Below are positions 26,701 through 35,002 of a stretch of 40,326 nucleotides of DNA, in pieces. The translations under genes and the position numbers were made by a program. Position 1 is the first letter of the stretch. The number at the start of each line of letters is the position of its first letter. Source of the stretch: a virus (taxonomy: Duplodnaviria > Caudoviricetes); IMG/VR virus record IMGVR_UViG_3300040971_000158, positions 1 to 40,326 of that record; one strand, written 5' to 3'. The notes beneath the pieces are model-generated. The model did not search any database and was not told where the DNA came from. It was given only the letters and a program-made list of their open reading frames with translations.

Positions 26701-26918
26701 GGGATCGATCCTATCAATGCGGTCATGCCCGCCAAAATATCGGTATAGGCGCCGCTGATCACATTGTCAAAACCGAAATCACGCACCAGATCGGTCGTGG
26801 CAAACGTTTCATTGATCTGCGCCGCAAAAACCACGTTCGGCGCGTCAAAATCGATGTACAGACGCGCATACTGTCCATCCTCGCGCAGGGTGGCAAGTTG
26901 ATCAACGCTCAGGCTCAT
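23748..26918 (-). CDS. Large minor tail/baseplate hub protein with PKD domain and BNR/Asp-box propeller
   Basis: FDGSQS...AYAWTF...YDAPGRYHVSLTVT (PKD); SLSFGQTW, TTDRGDHW, SSDDGATW Asp-boxes; position after the distal tail gene. Confidence 0.75.
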   Translation of the reverse strand: MSLSVDQLATLREDGQYARLYIDFDAPNVVFAAQINETFATTDLVRDFGFDNVISGAYTDILAGMTALIGSIPGADDLGQARVRKAATSSRIYIGVASDVHFANDVYVTVIDERKLWRKLFAYSDGVLYADEDIAYSDQHANFSPVAMAGPHRRVWLSGADVAINFDGSQSYCIGSTISAYAWTFPGALSSSGAATATPSATYDAPGRYHVSLTVTSANGKTHTAWRTLRIFDASDMPAVGKFSDMVGSFADGGFSCQITAYVDAEMVRPGGLVTVFARDFYNGEEISVGLFAGAENQVIQCWIAEEGIVSNPKRGSVTFRIETANYWLARMEMQTLDLANVSGTPADWTQIQGMTLAKAFHEMLSRTTLMDIVDVHLPLSDTRIIPTLELSGQTAYEQLAEIGRKGFVTPLSDQYNRFFCQLDPQYLNDTARDALPVIMEISKQDRRRGIEFDKRNQTECAQIALSSETTAGTLYSLSPGRIPGVQGRIVTLEKIAASSQAESNSLAGLHRGRLNNPYPDIPVILAANNRAISIAPAQYVEISIDAADNPRGEDFSGRAIPREVEYEFEPRTGKLVVELRLEAESFEDLSVDGDPPEGDDDIGDIGFSPFPPEPEPQPEPQPEPQPIIISQMRSVILHCWGGIYSTSNIYVASPVWRCISQNIAAESEIAPRLIHQIAAHRMGTGLIATSLFAVYYAPIVGSQWSTQLYKILDLTALNEWCPRGAAAGSNNFYGVCVDPIAGAMFICGGNNLYYNANAVPAQYPETIAVRSLSFGQTWEMIRPTSTTGTYPPGEKDRFWGFAHARNMSAAKNLYIAQDSGAEGIEETYMHFLAEYDSEYLYRAPQGADTATEFSRANSIHHRIGNSRDLIYYLIPSSGSVLRKFVLQPEYSPPVWSTSEVPVADVALSGNQNVYLRDVRNMLAIDPSGQTGMIAGYDGYFWKTTDRGDHWAQAGLMPNDGSPPNYNGDGLGRNPCLASPTPGVWLAAANKIGGVAAGSQTRKRGKIMMSSDDGATWDDKTGNLYDLGAADEYGSGLNVGLSAYNIEFFYGEPETT
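25039..25078. repeat. 12-bp tandem repeat encoding a PEPQ linker
   Basis: GGCTGSGGTTCA x3 encoding PEPEPQPEPQPEPQP. Confidence 0.8.
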
Positions 26919-27298
26919 TCTTCCACCTCGACCTCGACCAGGAAACTATGTTCAATGCGCAGGTTCTGCGACCAATAATTCTCCTGGTCTTCCTCCAGCG
27001 GCCAGCGCATGATCGACTGGAAGATGTGCAGCGCGCCATCGTCCAGTGGAGATTGGATATAAACTTCTTCAGACAACCCTGGGCAATAGGCCTTGAGCTG
27101 GTTACGGGCCGCAATCTCGTCGAACAAGGGAAAAATCCAGATCAGGCCCGGCGCGCCCATCCCGCGCAGGTGACCGTTGTCCAGCTCCTCGGCATCCGGG
27201 TAGCGCATGGGGATGACATTCGGGATCGGGATTGGGATGGCAAAATCATCCAAATCAACCATCGTTTCCAGCGTCGCGCCAATCTTGAAATCGCTCAT
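26915..27298 (-). CDS. Putative distal tail protein
   Basis: Position directly after the tape measure; size; ATGA coupling. Confidence 0.55.
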   Translation of the reverse strand: MSDFKIGATLETMVDLDDFAIPIPIPNVIPMRYPDAEELDNGHLRGMGAPGLIWIFPLFDEIAARNQLKAYCPGLSEEVYIQSPLDDGALHIFQSIMRWPLEEDQENYWSQNLRIEHSFLVEVEVEE

Positions 27299-29199
27299 GC
27301 AGGCCTCAATCCTCGAACAACTTGTTTGCCAAACTTATCCAGGCGTTGATCAATCACGCGGTTGACATCCCGTATTGACAGCCCACCGGGCAGGTTGTAG
27401 GTGTTGCTGTTACTCTGCCGGTTGACTTGCTGGACGCCGGCGCGGGTTGTTTGCCCGATCGTGTTGGCGATCTGGTCCGGACGGATGGCTTTGGCAAAAT
27501 CGAGCATAAAGCCCAAGCCGCTCATGCGCCCCAGCCAGCCAAATTTGCGCGAAGGGCTGCGCGCATCCAGCACTCGCCGGGCAGCTTCAAAGGCGGCCTT
27601 GGCCGCTTTTTGGACGGTCGATACCAACCCGGCGATGCTCTGCGCAACCCCCAGAATCATGCCGGCAATAATGTCGCGCCCCAGGCGGGACCAGTCAAAG
27701 CGGAATATTTTGATGATGTTATCGCGCAGCCGGCCAAACCATTCAGCAACCCGGCGGGCGCCAGAAGATACAGATTGCCCGAGCCACTGCCAGCCTTTGG
27801 TAAAGTAATGCTTGATGATGAACCACAACTGCTCGACCGTTGTGGTGATGCCCATGAAGTTGGTTTTGAACGCGGCATACACAAAAAACAGGGTTGCAGC
27901 GATCAGCAGTAAGGGCAGTATCACGGCCGCCGCGCTGGCCAGCAAGGCCCCCAGAGCCGGTAAAACAGTGCCGGTGATGACAGCCCCGATCGATGCCAGG
28001 GCGGGCGTTAGCGCTGCCACACCGCCGGTGATGGCAGGCCAGGCCGTGACCGTTCCGCTGATCAGGCCAATCAACGTGCCAAGCCCCGATAAAATCGGAC
28101 CTAAAGCGGCAGCCAGACCCAGAAGTACCAGTACACCTTTTTGCGCCGGTTCAGGCATGGCGTTGAATGCTTCGAGCATTTTGTTAAGCGCCGTAACCAC
28201 CTGCAGCGCAACAGGGAGAAGATTTTTTCCCAGGGTGCGCAGCAAATTTTCGAACTGGGCCTGTGAAATCCTTGTTTGATTGGCCAATCCGCCGCTCGTC
28301 TCGGCAAAATCGTTCATGGCCGGGTTGAGCTGCTCATCCAGCGCAATCGCATTCAGGATGATGGCGCGCTGGTTGGCAGTCAGGTTTTGGGTATTCTCGG
28401 CGATCAGCCCGCGCGCGATGCCAAACGTTTTCATGTAGGCGTCGTTGATGAAAGGGAAATAGCGCTGGATCGGCTCGTACTGGCCCCGGATGGCCGATTG
28501 CCAGGCATCCGAGACATCCGCTACCTGAGCGTTGTGAAAAGACGCCAGATCTGCAAAATGTTTAACCGCGCCTTCAGAGAGTGCAGCTGTATCCTTGATG
28601 CCCATCCCACCCGCTTTTAGGGCCGCGGCGATCGACGATGAATAATCCAGGTATTTCTCTGCGCTCAGGCCCAGGGCTGTATCGGCTTTTTCAGCGTTTT
28701 CGAGCACGCTATCAGACATATCCTCGAAAACGACAACAGCCTTGTTTTTTGTTTCCTCGAAATCCGTGGCCGTTTTGAGCGCAGCGCCTCCCAGCGCCAG
28801 GATAGGCAAGGTGAGGCCAATTGTCAGCATGTTGCCGACGTTTTGCATGACCGCGCCAACTTTTAGACCGATTTGCGCCAATCCCTGAAGTTGCGCTTGG
28901 GCGGTCTTGACGGCCTGGGCAGCGTTGCGGGCTTCCTGCTCCAGCTTGCGCAGGTTGTCTGCCGCCGCCTTGATCTCCGGCGCGGCGGCCTTGGTCGCCT
29001 TCAGTCGTTCCAACTCTGCGCGCGCAGACGCCACCGCCATTTTGGCGGTCTTCAGGTTGTTTTCCAACGTCCTGACCCCGCCCGCGGCAAGCTGCATTGT
29101 ATTCTTGAAATTTTTCAGGGCGCTAATGGCGCTGGACACGCCCGACTTGATGCCGGATGTGTCCAGTCCAACTTTCCCGTATGCGCTGCCAAGTAGCAT
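27295..29199 (-). CDS. Tail tape measure protein
   Basis: MLLGSAYGKVGLDTSG start, Ala/Gly-rich helices, LTIGLTLPI, SPSRKF near the C-terminus. Confidence 0.92.
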   Translation of the reverse strand: MLLGSAYGKVGLDTSGIKSGVSSAISALKNFKNTMQLAAGGVRTLENNLKTAKMAVASARAELERLKATKAAAPEIKAAADNLRKLEQEARNAAQAVKTAQAQLQGLAQIGLKVGAVMQNVGNMLTIGLTLPILALGGAALKTATDFEETKNKAVVVFEDMSDSVLENAEKADTALGLSAEKYLDYSSSIAAALKAGGMGIKDTAALSEGAVKHFADLASFHNAQVADVSDAWQSAIRGQYEPIQRYFPFINDAYMKTFGIARGLIAENTQNLTANQRAIILNAIALDEQLNPAMNDFAETSGGLANQTRISQAQFENLLRTLGKNLLPVALQVVTALNKMLEAFNAMPEPAQKGVLVLLGLAAALGPILSGLGTLIGLISGTVTAWPAITGGVAALTPALASIGAVITGTVLPALGALLASAAAVILPLLLIAATLFFVYAAFKTNFMGITTTVEQLWFIIKHYFTKGWQWLGQSVSSGARRVAEWFGRLRDNIIKIFRFDWSRLGRDIIAGMILGVAQSIAGLVSTVQKAAKAAFEAARRVLDARSPSRKFGWLGRMSGLGFMLDFAKAIRPDQIANTIGQTTRAGVQQVNRQSNSNTYNLPGGLSIRDVNRVIDQRLDKFGKQVVRGLRPA

Positions 29200-29206
29200 G
29201 ATTGCC

Positions 29207-29476
29207 TCACAGGGTTCCATCCGGCTTGAGCTTGGCCTTTTTGACAGGCTTCAGTCCCATAAGACGCGGATCTGCAAATTTCTTGTTTTTTTTCTTTGGC
29301 AATGGATCTTCACCATTTGCCAGATTTTTTTCTGCGCGCCTGCCCAGCCAAAGGCAGGCATTGTCTATCTCGATCGCGCCGATATCAGTCTGCATCCGCA
29401 GTATCGACGACGGGCGCACGCCGTACGCTTCGCCGATGTTGTGCAGTGCGATCAGGTTTTCCGGATTTTTCGCGAA
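29207..29476 (-). CDS. Tail assembly chaperone, frameshift extension (GT-like)
   Basis: Open +1 frame FAKNPENLIALHNIGEAYGVRPSSIL...IDNAC overlapping the TAC 3' end, with no clear start of its own. Confidence 0.6.
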   Translation of the reverse strand, partial: FAKNPENLIALHNIGEAYGVRPSSILRMQTDIGAIEIDNACLWLGRRAEKNLANGEDPLPKKKNKKFADPRLMGLKPVKKAKLKPDGTL

Positions 29477-29894
29477 ATTTCTTGGCCATTGGGGCTACCT
29501 CCCGGTTGGCCCACTCGAAAATCTGCATCCGGTCATCGCCCGAAATTTCCTCTATTCCAAGACAATCGCTGCCGGGCTTGTCTTCAATGGGCGGCTCGAC
29601 AACACAGGCTCGTACAACCCCGTTGACCAAGGCCCCAAACATATCGCTGCCGGCGAATTGGGAAAGGTCCACCGCCTCGTCTTTACCATCGGCTTCCTCG
29701 ACGATCATATTGATCAACGTTTGTGGCAATTTGCCGAGCAGCATCAAATCTGTGATGCTCGCATCGCGCACAAACACGGTCAAATTCGATTGACCCAGGG
29801 TAATTTCGTGATATTGCCCAGCGCGATACTGCGCCAGGGTTTCAGCCCTGGCGAGTTTCGCCTGCTCCATCCGTTCGAGTACTCCCGCATCCAT
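29385..29894 (-). CDS. Tail assembly chaperone
   Basis: Between the major tail and tape measure genes. Confidence 0.7.
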   Translation of the reverse strand: MDAGVLERMEQAKLARAETLAQYRAGQYHEITLGQSNLTVFVRDASITDLMLLGKLPQTLINMIVEEADGKDEAVDLSQFAGSDMFGALVNGVVRACVVEPPIEDKPGSDCLGIEEISGDDRMQIFEWANREVAPMAKKFREKSGKPDRTAQHRRSVRRAPVVDTADAD

Positions 29895-29896
29895 GA

Positions 29897-30394
29897 TTAC
29901 GCGTCCTCAGGGAGATCGTCGGCGGTTTCGTTCTGGATGATTTCCCAATCCAGCGCTTCGCCCTTGGTGGAAGTTTTTGTAAATTCGGCGTCCTGCAGGG
30001 GCGCTTCGAAACCATCCGTCAGCTTGGCATTGATGATGTGATAGTGCACGTCATCAGCGCCTACACCGAGCGCCTTGCCGTAGATGTCGAAATACGGTAG
30101 GCGGTTGGTATCGCTGCTAGCCAGGGTTGTGACCTGGTTTGGCGTGACCCCTGTGGTTGCGGGCGTCAGACCCATCATCATACCCAGGGTGGCTGAATCC
30201 AACCCCAGGTTTTCGATCTCCCACTCCACGCCATCCGGCGCGCTGGCCAGGGCACGCAGCCGGTCGCCGCCGCGCCCGCGGGCTGTCACCAGTTTCGGCT
30301 TGAACTTCAAGGTCAACCCAGCCGGCAATTCCTTGACCGTTGTTGCGACCTTGATCTTGATCTGATTCATTCCAAAAGGCATATCACCGTACAT
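29897..30394 (-). CDS. Major tail (tube) protein
   Basis: Position; PFGMNQIKI start; beta-rich, Gly/Thr-rich composition. Confidence 0.7.
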   Translation of the reverse strand: MYGDMPFGMNQIKIKVATTVKELPAGLTLKFKPKLVTARGRGGDRLRALASAPDGVEWEIENLGLDSATLGMMMGLTPATTGVTPNQVTTLASSDTNRLPYFDIYGKALGVGADDVHYHIINAKLTDGFEAPLQDAEFTKTSTKGEALDWEIIQNETADDLPEDA

Positions 30395-30418
30395 TTGACA
30401 CCTCCGTGTTTTGAATAA

Positions 30419-30826
30419 CTAACGTTTTCGAATGGCATTGAAACGTTGAACGGCCAGGGACGCTTTGAGAGCATCGTCCCATGTCCGCGCAATTTCTGTA
30501 TTGAATTGAATCTCCCAGATGCCGATAAAGTGCTGCGCTTCGAGAAGCTGGTAGGTGCGCGGCAGCGCCAGATCAATGGCGCTATATCCGCTGCGCTGGT
30601 AGAAATAAATCACCAGCGGGGTTTGCACCGCTTCGATCTTGCGCGCCAGGGCGTTTTCCGTGCCGGTCTTGATCAGTGCGCAGGGCAGCAGTTCGGCATT
30701 GGCATCAAACGCCCCAGGCGTAAGCTGGCGCGAGATTTCAGCAGCATCATGCACGCCGCCTGTGAGTGAGGCCATCAGGGTTGCATCGGCCAACAACAAG
30801 GCTTTGACATCTGCGATCAGGGTCAT
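30419..30826 (-). CDS. Tail completion/terminator protein
   Basis: IADVKALLLADATLMASLTGGVH pattern typical of gp17-like tail completion proteins; position. Confidence 0.65.
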   Translation of the reverse strand: MTLIADVKALLLADATLMASLTGGVHDAAEISRQLTPGAFDANAELLPCALIKTGTENALARKIEAVQTPLVIYFYQRSGYSAIDLALPRTYQLLEAQHFIGIWEIQFNTEIARTWDDALKASLAVQRFNAIRKR

Positions 30827-31938
30827 TGCATCCTCGCCGAGATTTCATCGAACTTATCGAAACACCACACCCCAAACGCCTGGGCAATTGGGCTTTCGAG
30901 CAGGCTGTTGCCCAGATCTGATCCCAGGCTGGCCGCGTACTGGTCCATGCCCGGGAAGCCCTGCCCGCTGCGTACCCAACCCGCGAGCTGGTCGCCGAAC
31001 GAATTCAGGTCTTGCACGGCGCGCTTGTCGCAAAAGCAGTGCGGGTGCAGCGGCAGGATAATGGTGCCCTTCGGGTAAACCCCATCGCTGTTTTCGCCGC
31101 CATGCACCACATCGTCACAAATATCCGGCTTCGGGTGGCTGCCGCTCAACACGATGCGCTCCTGCTCGATCCAGGGCATGGCTGCCATGCGGTTGTCGTT
31201 GGCCAGGTGATGCGTGCGCTGGATCTCTGTCCGCGCCAGGCGCAGGGCGTTGTAGCTGACGCCTTTGCCAGCGCAATCGTCACCAGAGAGCAGGCCGCTC
31301 AGGTCGCCTTTGGCTTTATCGATCGAAGAGACCACATTCAGGCGGGTATAGGTCCATTTTGGACAATCCTTGCCCGCTCCAAGAAACTGCTCCAAATCCT
31401 TGGCCAACTGCCAGGCGCTTTTTTTATCGACGACAGCCTGCATGATGGCCGTGCTCATTCCCTCACGGGTGTCGCGGTCGAGCCGCCAAAGTCGGCTCGA
31501 AAACTGCAAACCGTCCGGGCCAGCCAGCCGCATGGCAGCATCGATGATCCAACGCAGCTGCGCGTCAAATACACCTTCAGCAACTGTGGCTTCAGATAAT
31601 CTGGTCTTCAGCGCAGGTACGATCAACTTCTCGTGATAGGCCGCCTGCACCCCAAACGGCAGGGATGCCCCTTCGCGCAGTCCCAGCCCGATCAGCGTTT
31701 CCAAACTCGTGAAGGTGTCGCCCCAGGCTTTGCTGATTTCGACCTGGGTGCGGTAAGCCGCTGCTGTATCCATGCTGCCATCTTCGCCAGCATTTGCAAG
31801 AATCAGGACCCGGGCAGAATTTGAAAAATCGCCAATGATCTCATGCACCCGACCGGTAAGGTACATCATCAGGCGCATCAGCCCGACCTGCTGCCAGGCA
31901 TAAAGATTGTTGAGCGGGATGCTGGTAACTTTTTCCAT
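30823..31938 (-). CDS. Minor head protein (SPP1 gp7/Mu F-like)
   Basis: NALRLARTE, DICD, GVYP, PLHPHCFC motifs; follows the portal. Confidence 0.85.
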   Translation of the reverse strand: MEKVTSIPLNNLYAWQQVGLMRLMMYLTGRVHEIIGDFSNSARVLILANAGEDGSMDTAAAYRTQVEISKAWGDTFTSLETLIGLGLREGASLPFGVQAAYHEKLIVPALKTRLSEATVAEGVFDAQLRWIIDAAMRLAGPDGLQFSSRLWRLDRDTREGMSTAIMQAVVDKKSAWQLAKDLEQFLGAGKDCPKWTYTRLNVVSSIDKAKGDLSGLLSGDDCAGKGVSYNALRLARTEIQRTHHLANDNRMAAMPWIEQERIVLSGSHPKPDICDDVVHGGENSDGVYPKGTIILPLHPHCFCDKRAVQDLNSFGDQLAGWVRSGQGFPGMDQYAASLGSDLGNSLLESPIAQAFGVWCFDKFDEISARMQ

Positions 31939-33245
31939 TACGCCAGGCCTCCCCTCATCTGCTGCATAATATCGGCCATCCGTTGGGCTGCATCCTGGTC
32001 GTCTGCGCCGGCGTCCAACATATCCGGGTCGATGTTCGGCAGGAAGAGTGACACGACTGCCCGCACGACCTCCTCGCTATAGCCCAAAATGCGCAGGCGC
32101 ATGGCTGCATCCGTAATGTCACGGATATCGGCGGCTTTTACAATTGATTTGGCGCGCCATTCGATCGTGTACTTCACACTCGGCGGATAAATGCCATGCA
32201 GCAGCCACTCCAGTTCGAGAAGCGGCACAATCACCTGGGACGAGACCCAGGTGCGCAAAACATCCAGGGTCTCGTCGTACTCTTCCTTTTTCATGCCGAG
32301 CGTATCGCGGTTGAGACCCTCGCCGTATGCAACCAACTCCATCGGCACCTCGCCGCTGGCAAACATGGTCGCAATGTGATGCTTGATATCGCCGATTTTT
32401 TCCAGATCGCCATCGCCCTGCACGGACGCAATCGATCCCTTGCGATTGGTGAAAAAATCAGCAATCGCCGAGAATGGATTTTGCAGTGCCAAAGCATTGT
32501 CTTCCTTGTACTTTTCCAACTCGGCAGGGGTGGCGCCTTCCAGGGCATGGATATAGCGCATCCCTGAGCGGGTTTTACGCCGCACGGCTACATCCACTTC
32601 CCCCTCGGTTACTTTTTTATATGGACCGGTGCCGCTCGACATCATCGGCGAGCCGTAGCGTTCGCCCTCGTCATGCTCCCATCGGGCATGGATGATCTCC
32701 CAATCGGCGAACCAGGTCGCATCCTTGGGTGGCTGCGGATACAACGATGCATTTGCATGCATCCAGAACGCGCGCGCCGGGTCGTCGAAAAGATCTTCAG
32801 TGTTGGAATTTCTGCGCATCTGTTTAACAGGCTTGCGGGTCACGCCAACGATTTCGAGCGCAGCGCTGATCTCAGTCTGTAGGAAGAGATCGCCGTCCCG
32901 GGCGGCCAGGCGCACATAATCATCCAGGCGGTGATTTAACTTAAGCCGCTCCTGCAGCGCGCGGGCAATTTCCATTGCGCGTTTATCCGCGCTGCGGATG
33001 ATGTACCCACCCTTGACCACATCCCGGCCCAGTTGCCGGTGCATCTTTTTGATGCGCGGATCGGCCTTGTACATGGTTTGGCACACATCCAATATCCGCA
33101 AGCGCTCGGTTTCAGCGCCAAATGTCTGCATCAAGCTGTGAGCCGTTTTATTGGCCGAAGTAGGCAAGCTGGTTTTGGTGGTTTCGGGCGTCTGACTTGA
33201 TGGCTTATTTCGCCGAAATACCTGATCGATCATATTACGCAGCAT
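31938..33245 (-). CDS. Portal protein
   Basis: 435 aa; RDGDLF, WEIIHARW, YGSPMM, SGEVP; directly upstream of the minor head gene. Confidence 0.8.
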   Translation of the reverse strand: MLRNMIDQVFRRNKPSSQTPETTKTSLPTSANKTAHSLMQTFGAETERLRILDVCQTMYKADPRIKKMHRQLGRDVVKGGYIIRSADKRAMEIARALQERLKLNHRLDDYVRLAARDGDLFLQTEISAALEIVGVTRKPVKQMRRNSNTEDLFDDPARAFWMHANASLYPQPPKDATWFADWEIIHARWEHDEGERYGSPMMSSGTGPYKKVTEGEVDVAVRRKTRSGMRYIHALEGATPAELEKYKEDNALALQNPFSAIADFFTNRKGSIASVQGDGDLEKIGDIKHHIATMFASGEVPMELVAYGEGLNRDTLGMKKEEYDETLDVLRTWVSSQVIVPLLELEWLLHGIYPPSVKYTIEWRAKSIVKAADIRDITDAAMRLRILGYSEEVVRAVVSLFLPNIDPDMLDAGADDQDAAQRMADIMQQMRGGLA

Positions 33246-33672
33246 AGGCTTTCCTTATCAACCGCTCAAGGGCGGGTAAGTTTTCTTCGATGGTACTCAT
33301 GATGATGGCGTAATTGCCGCCATGTGATAATTCCAAAAATTTTCCGTAAAAAACCGTGTGACCCAAAACAATAATGATTTCATCCTTGCCTGCGCTGACG
33401 ACTTCGACATCTGTCATCAAGGCTTTGGCTTCAGCAGATACATCGCCTTGCATTTCTCCATGCCCGAAACCGTCCACCGCGTAAAACAGGCCGCTGCGCG
33501 CATTGGCCGTGCGATCCGTCCAGGCCGCGTTTTCGCGCGCCAGATCCTGGATATGTTGTCCCCAGGCATTTGCCGCTGCGTATAGAGCAGCCTCGACCCG
33601 GTTACCGTAATCTTCGATGTCCTGCGCCAGATCATCGGGAGAGCGCACCCAGACGAAGCCGCTATTGGACAA
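33235..33672 (-). CDS. HK97 gp10-like neck/tail component
   Basis: ARENAAWTDRTANARSGL and HTVFYGKFLELSHGGNYAII; TTG start with GGAGG RBS. Confidence 0.8.
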   Translation of the reverse strand: MSNSGFVWVRSPDDLAQDIEDYGNRVEAALYAAANAWGQHIQDLARENAAWTDRTANARSGLFYAVDGFGHGEMQGDVSAEAKALMTDVEVVSAGKDEIIIVLGHTVFYGKFLELSHGGNYAIIMSTIEENLPALERLIRKAYAA

Positions 33673-33982
33673 GTTCGGCCTCCGCCTGTGTGCCCGTGTC
33701 GCGGTTGGGTCGCACAAATTTGATGCGGTACACCGCGCCATTCAGGGTGAAACGATCGTCCAGGGCAATATCCATCTCCGCTGCGCCGCTGACCAAAATC
33801 CCGCCCCGGCTTTCTGCGCCGCTCTCACTCCTGAAGCGGCTGCCGCTCGATAGCCTGGCAATCCGGGCTTCCTGGGCGGCCAGCGTGGCATCCCCGCGAC
33901 GCAGCGCAATGCTGGCCGGGCGGTCTGCGCGGATCTCGTTCCGGATCCGGGCGATTTCAGCAAGGTCGGCTGCGGTCATCAT
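33662..33982 (-). CDS. Head closure (stopper) protein
   Basis: DIALDDRFTLNGAVYRIKFV motif; size and position. Confidence 0.7.
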   Translation of the reverse strand: MMTAADLAEIARIRNEIRADRPASIALRRGDATLAAQEARIARLSSGSRFRSESGAESRGGILVSGAAEMDIALDDRFTLNGAVYRIKFVRPNRDTGTQAEAELVQ

Positions 33983-34638
33983 GGCTGGTATTCTCCGTAG
34001 ACGGTCGCCGGGCCGTTATAAGCTCTACAGGCTGCCTGGTATTCTGCCAGCCTGGCATCGCGCTCTGCGATCATGCCTTGCACGCCGCCCGATTTATCGA
34101 ACGATTCGTCGCCGATGCGATATGCCCAAACCCCGCCGCCCTCAGCGTTGACCAGCAAGGTCTTGGCCTCGGCCTGGGCCTTGAGCAGCACGATCTTGGC
34201 TTCAGCATCGCCCAGGTCGGCATATTCCGCGCTTTCGCCGGTACCGGTCAGCGCCCAACCCGCCATGTAGCGCAGGGTGCGCGTCTGGATGTATGTGGGT
34301 GTCGGATAAAACGTGATTTTGCGGTTGGAAATCGTATGGCGCTCTCTGCTCAAGCCGTTGATGCCATTGACCGGCACCAAACCATTGGAAGTGATCGCAA
34401 CCCCATCCAGCTCCATCCGCGCGGAATACAACTTGATAATCTTTACAAAATCAGCAGGCAGGTCATAGGTGGCCGTGCCAGCCACAACCGCCAATTCGCT
34501 GATTTTCTCGCGGGCGCATTGCAGTGAGAAATCCAACACAGCATCGAGCACGGCGCTTTGGTATTGCGCCGCACTTGGCACATTGTTCCGAGCCGGTATT
34601 TTGGATTGCAGTTCGGCGACTAAGGCGGTCAAAAGCAT
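33979..34638 (-). CDS. Head-tail adaptor protein
   Basis: AGTATYDLPADF, ITFYPTP, YRIGDESFDK; GAGGAGG RBS. Confidence 0.7.
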   Translation of the reverse strand: MLLTALVAELQSKIPARNNVPSAAQYQSAVLDAVLDFSLQCAREKISELAVVAGTATYDLPADFVKIIKLYSARMELDGVAITSNGLVPVNGINGLSRERHTISNRKITFYPTPTYIQTRTLRYMAGWALTGTGESAEYADLGDAEAKIVLLKAQAEAKTLLVNAEGGGVWAYRIGDESFDKSGGVQGMIAERDARLAEYQAACRAYNGPATVYGEYQP

Positions 34639-34694
34639 GGTTTACCTCCTCAGGTGCGGACCGTTGCCGGTCCGCACCCTTCGGGAGAAAGTGA

Positions 34695-34937
34695 TCAGCC
34701 TTCAGGGGGCGGCTGCTGATCGTCAAGGGGAAGTTGCGGCGGCTCCAAGGTTTCCTTTTCCTTTTTGCCGGTGGGTTTCTTTTTGGCGGGTTTCTTCTCG
34801 CCAACAATTTCAATGTCTTTGTTGTCTTTGGCCAATTGCTCGGCCAGGGCTTCCGGAACCTCGCGCGTTTCCTTGGGATACATGTATTTGCCCAGGATCA
34901 CGCGTTCAGCTTTACCTGTGTAGCGAATTATGCTCAT
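34695..34937 (-). CDS. Small post-capsid protein with Lys/Pro-rich tail
   Basis: MSIIRYTGKAERVILG...REVPEALAEQL; typical position after the capsid gene. Confidence 0.55.
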   Translation of the reverse strand: MSIIRYTGKAERVILGKYMYPKETREVPEALAEQLAKDNKDIEIVGEKKPAKKKPTGKKEKETLEPPQLPLDDQQPPPEG

Positions 34938-35002
34938 GATTTTTACCTTTTCCGGGCCAGCCCCGGGCCCCATGGATATGCCCGGAGCTGGCCCATCGAA
35001 AC

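Noticed and set aside
21700-26918. Diversity-generating retroelement or shufflon acting on tail genes
   Set aside because: No reverse transcriptase, no TR/VR pair, and no inverted alternative C-terminal cassettes seen.
34953-34993. GC-rich hairpin after the capsid gene as a terminator
   Set aside because: No U-tract on the coding strand; at most an mRNA-stabilising or pausing stem.
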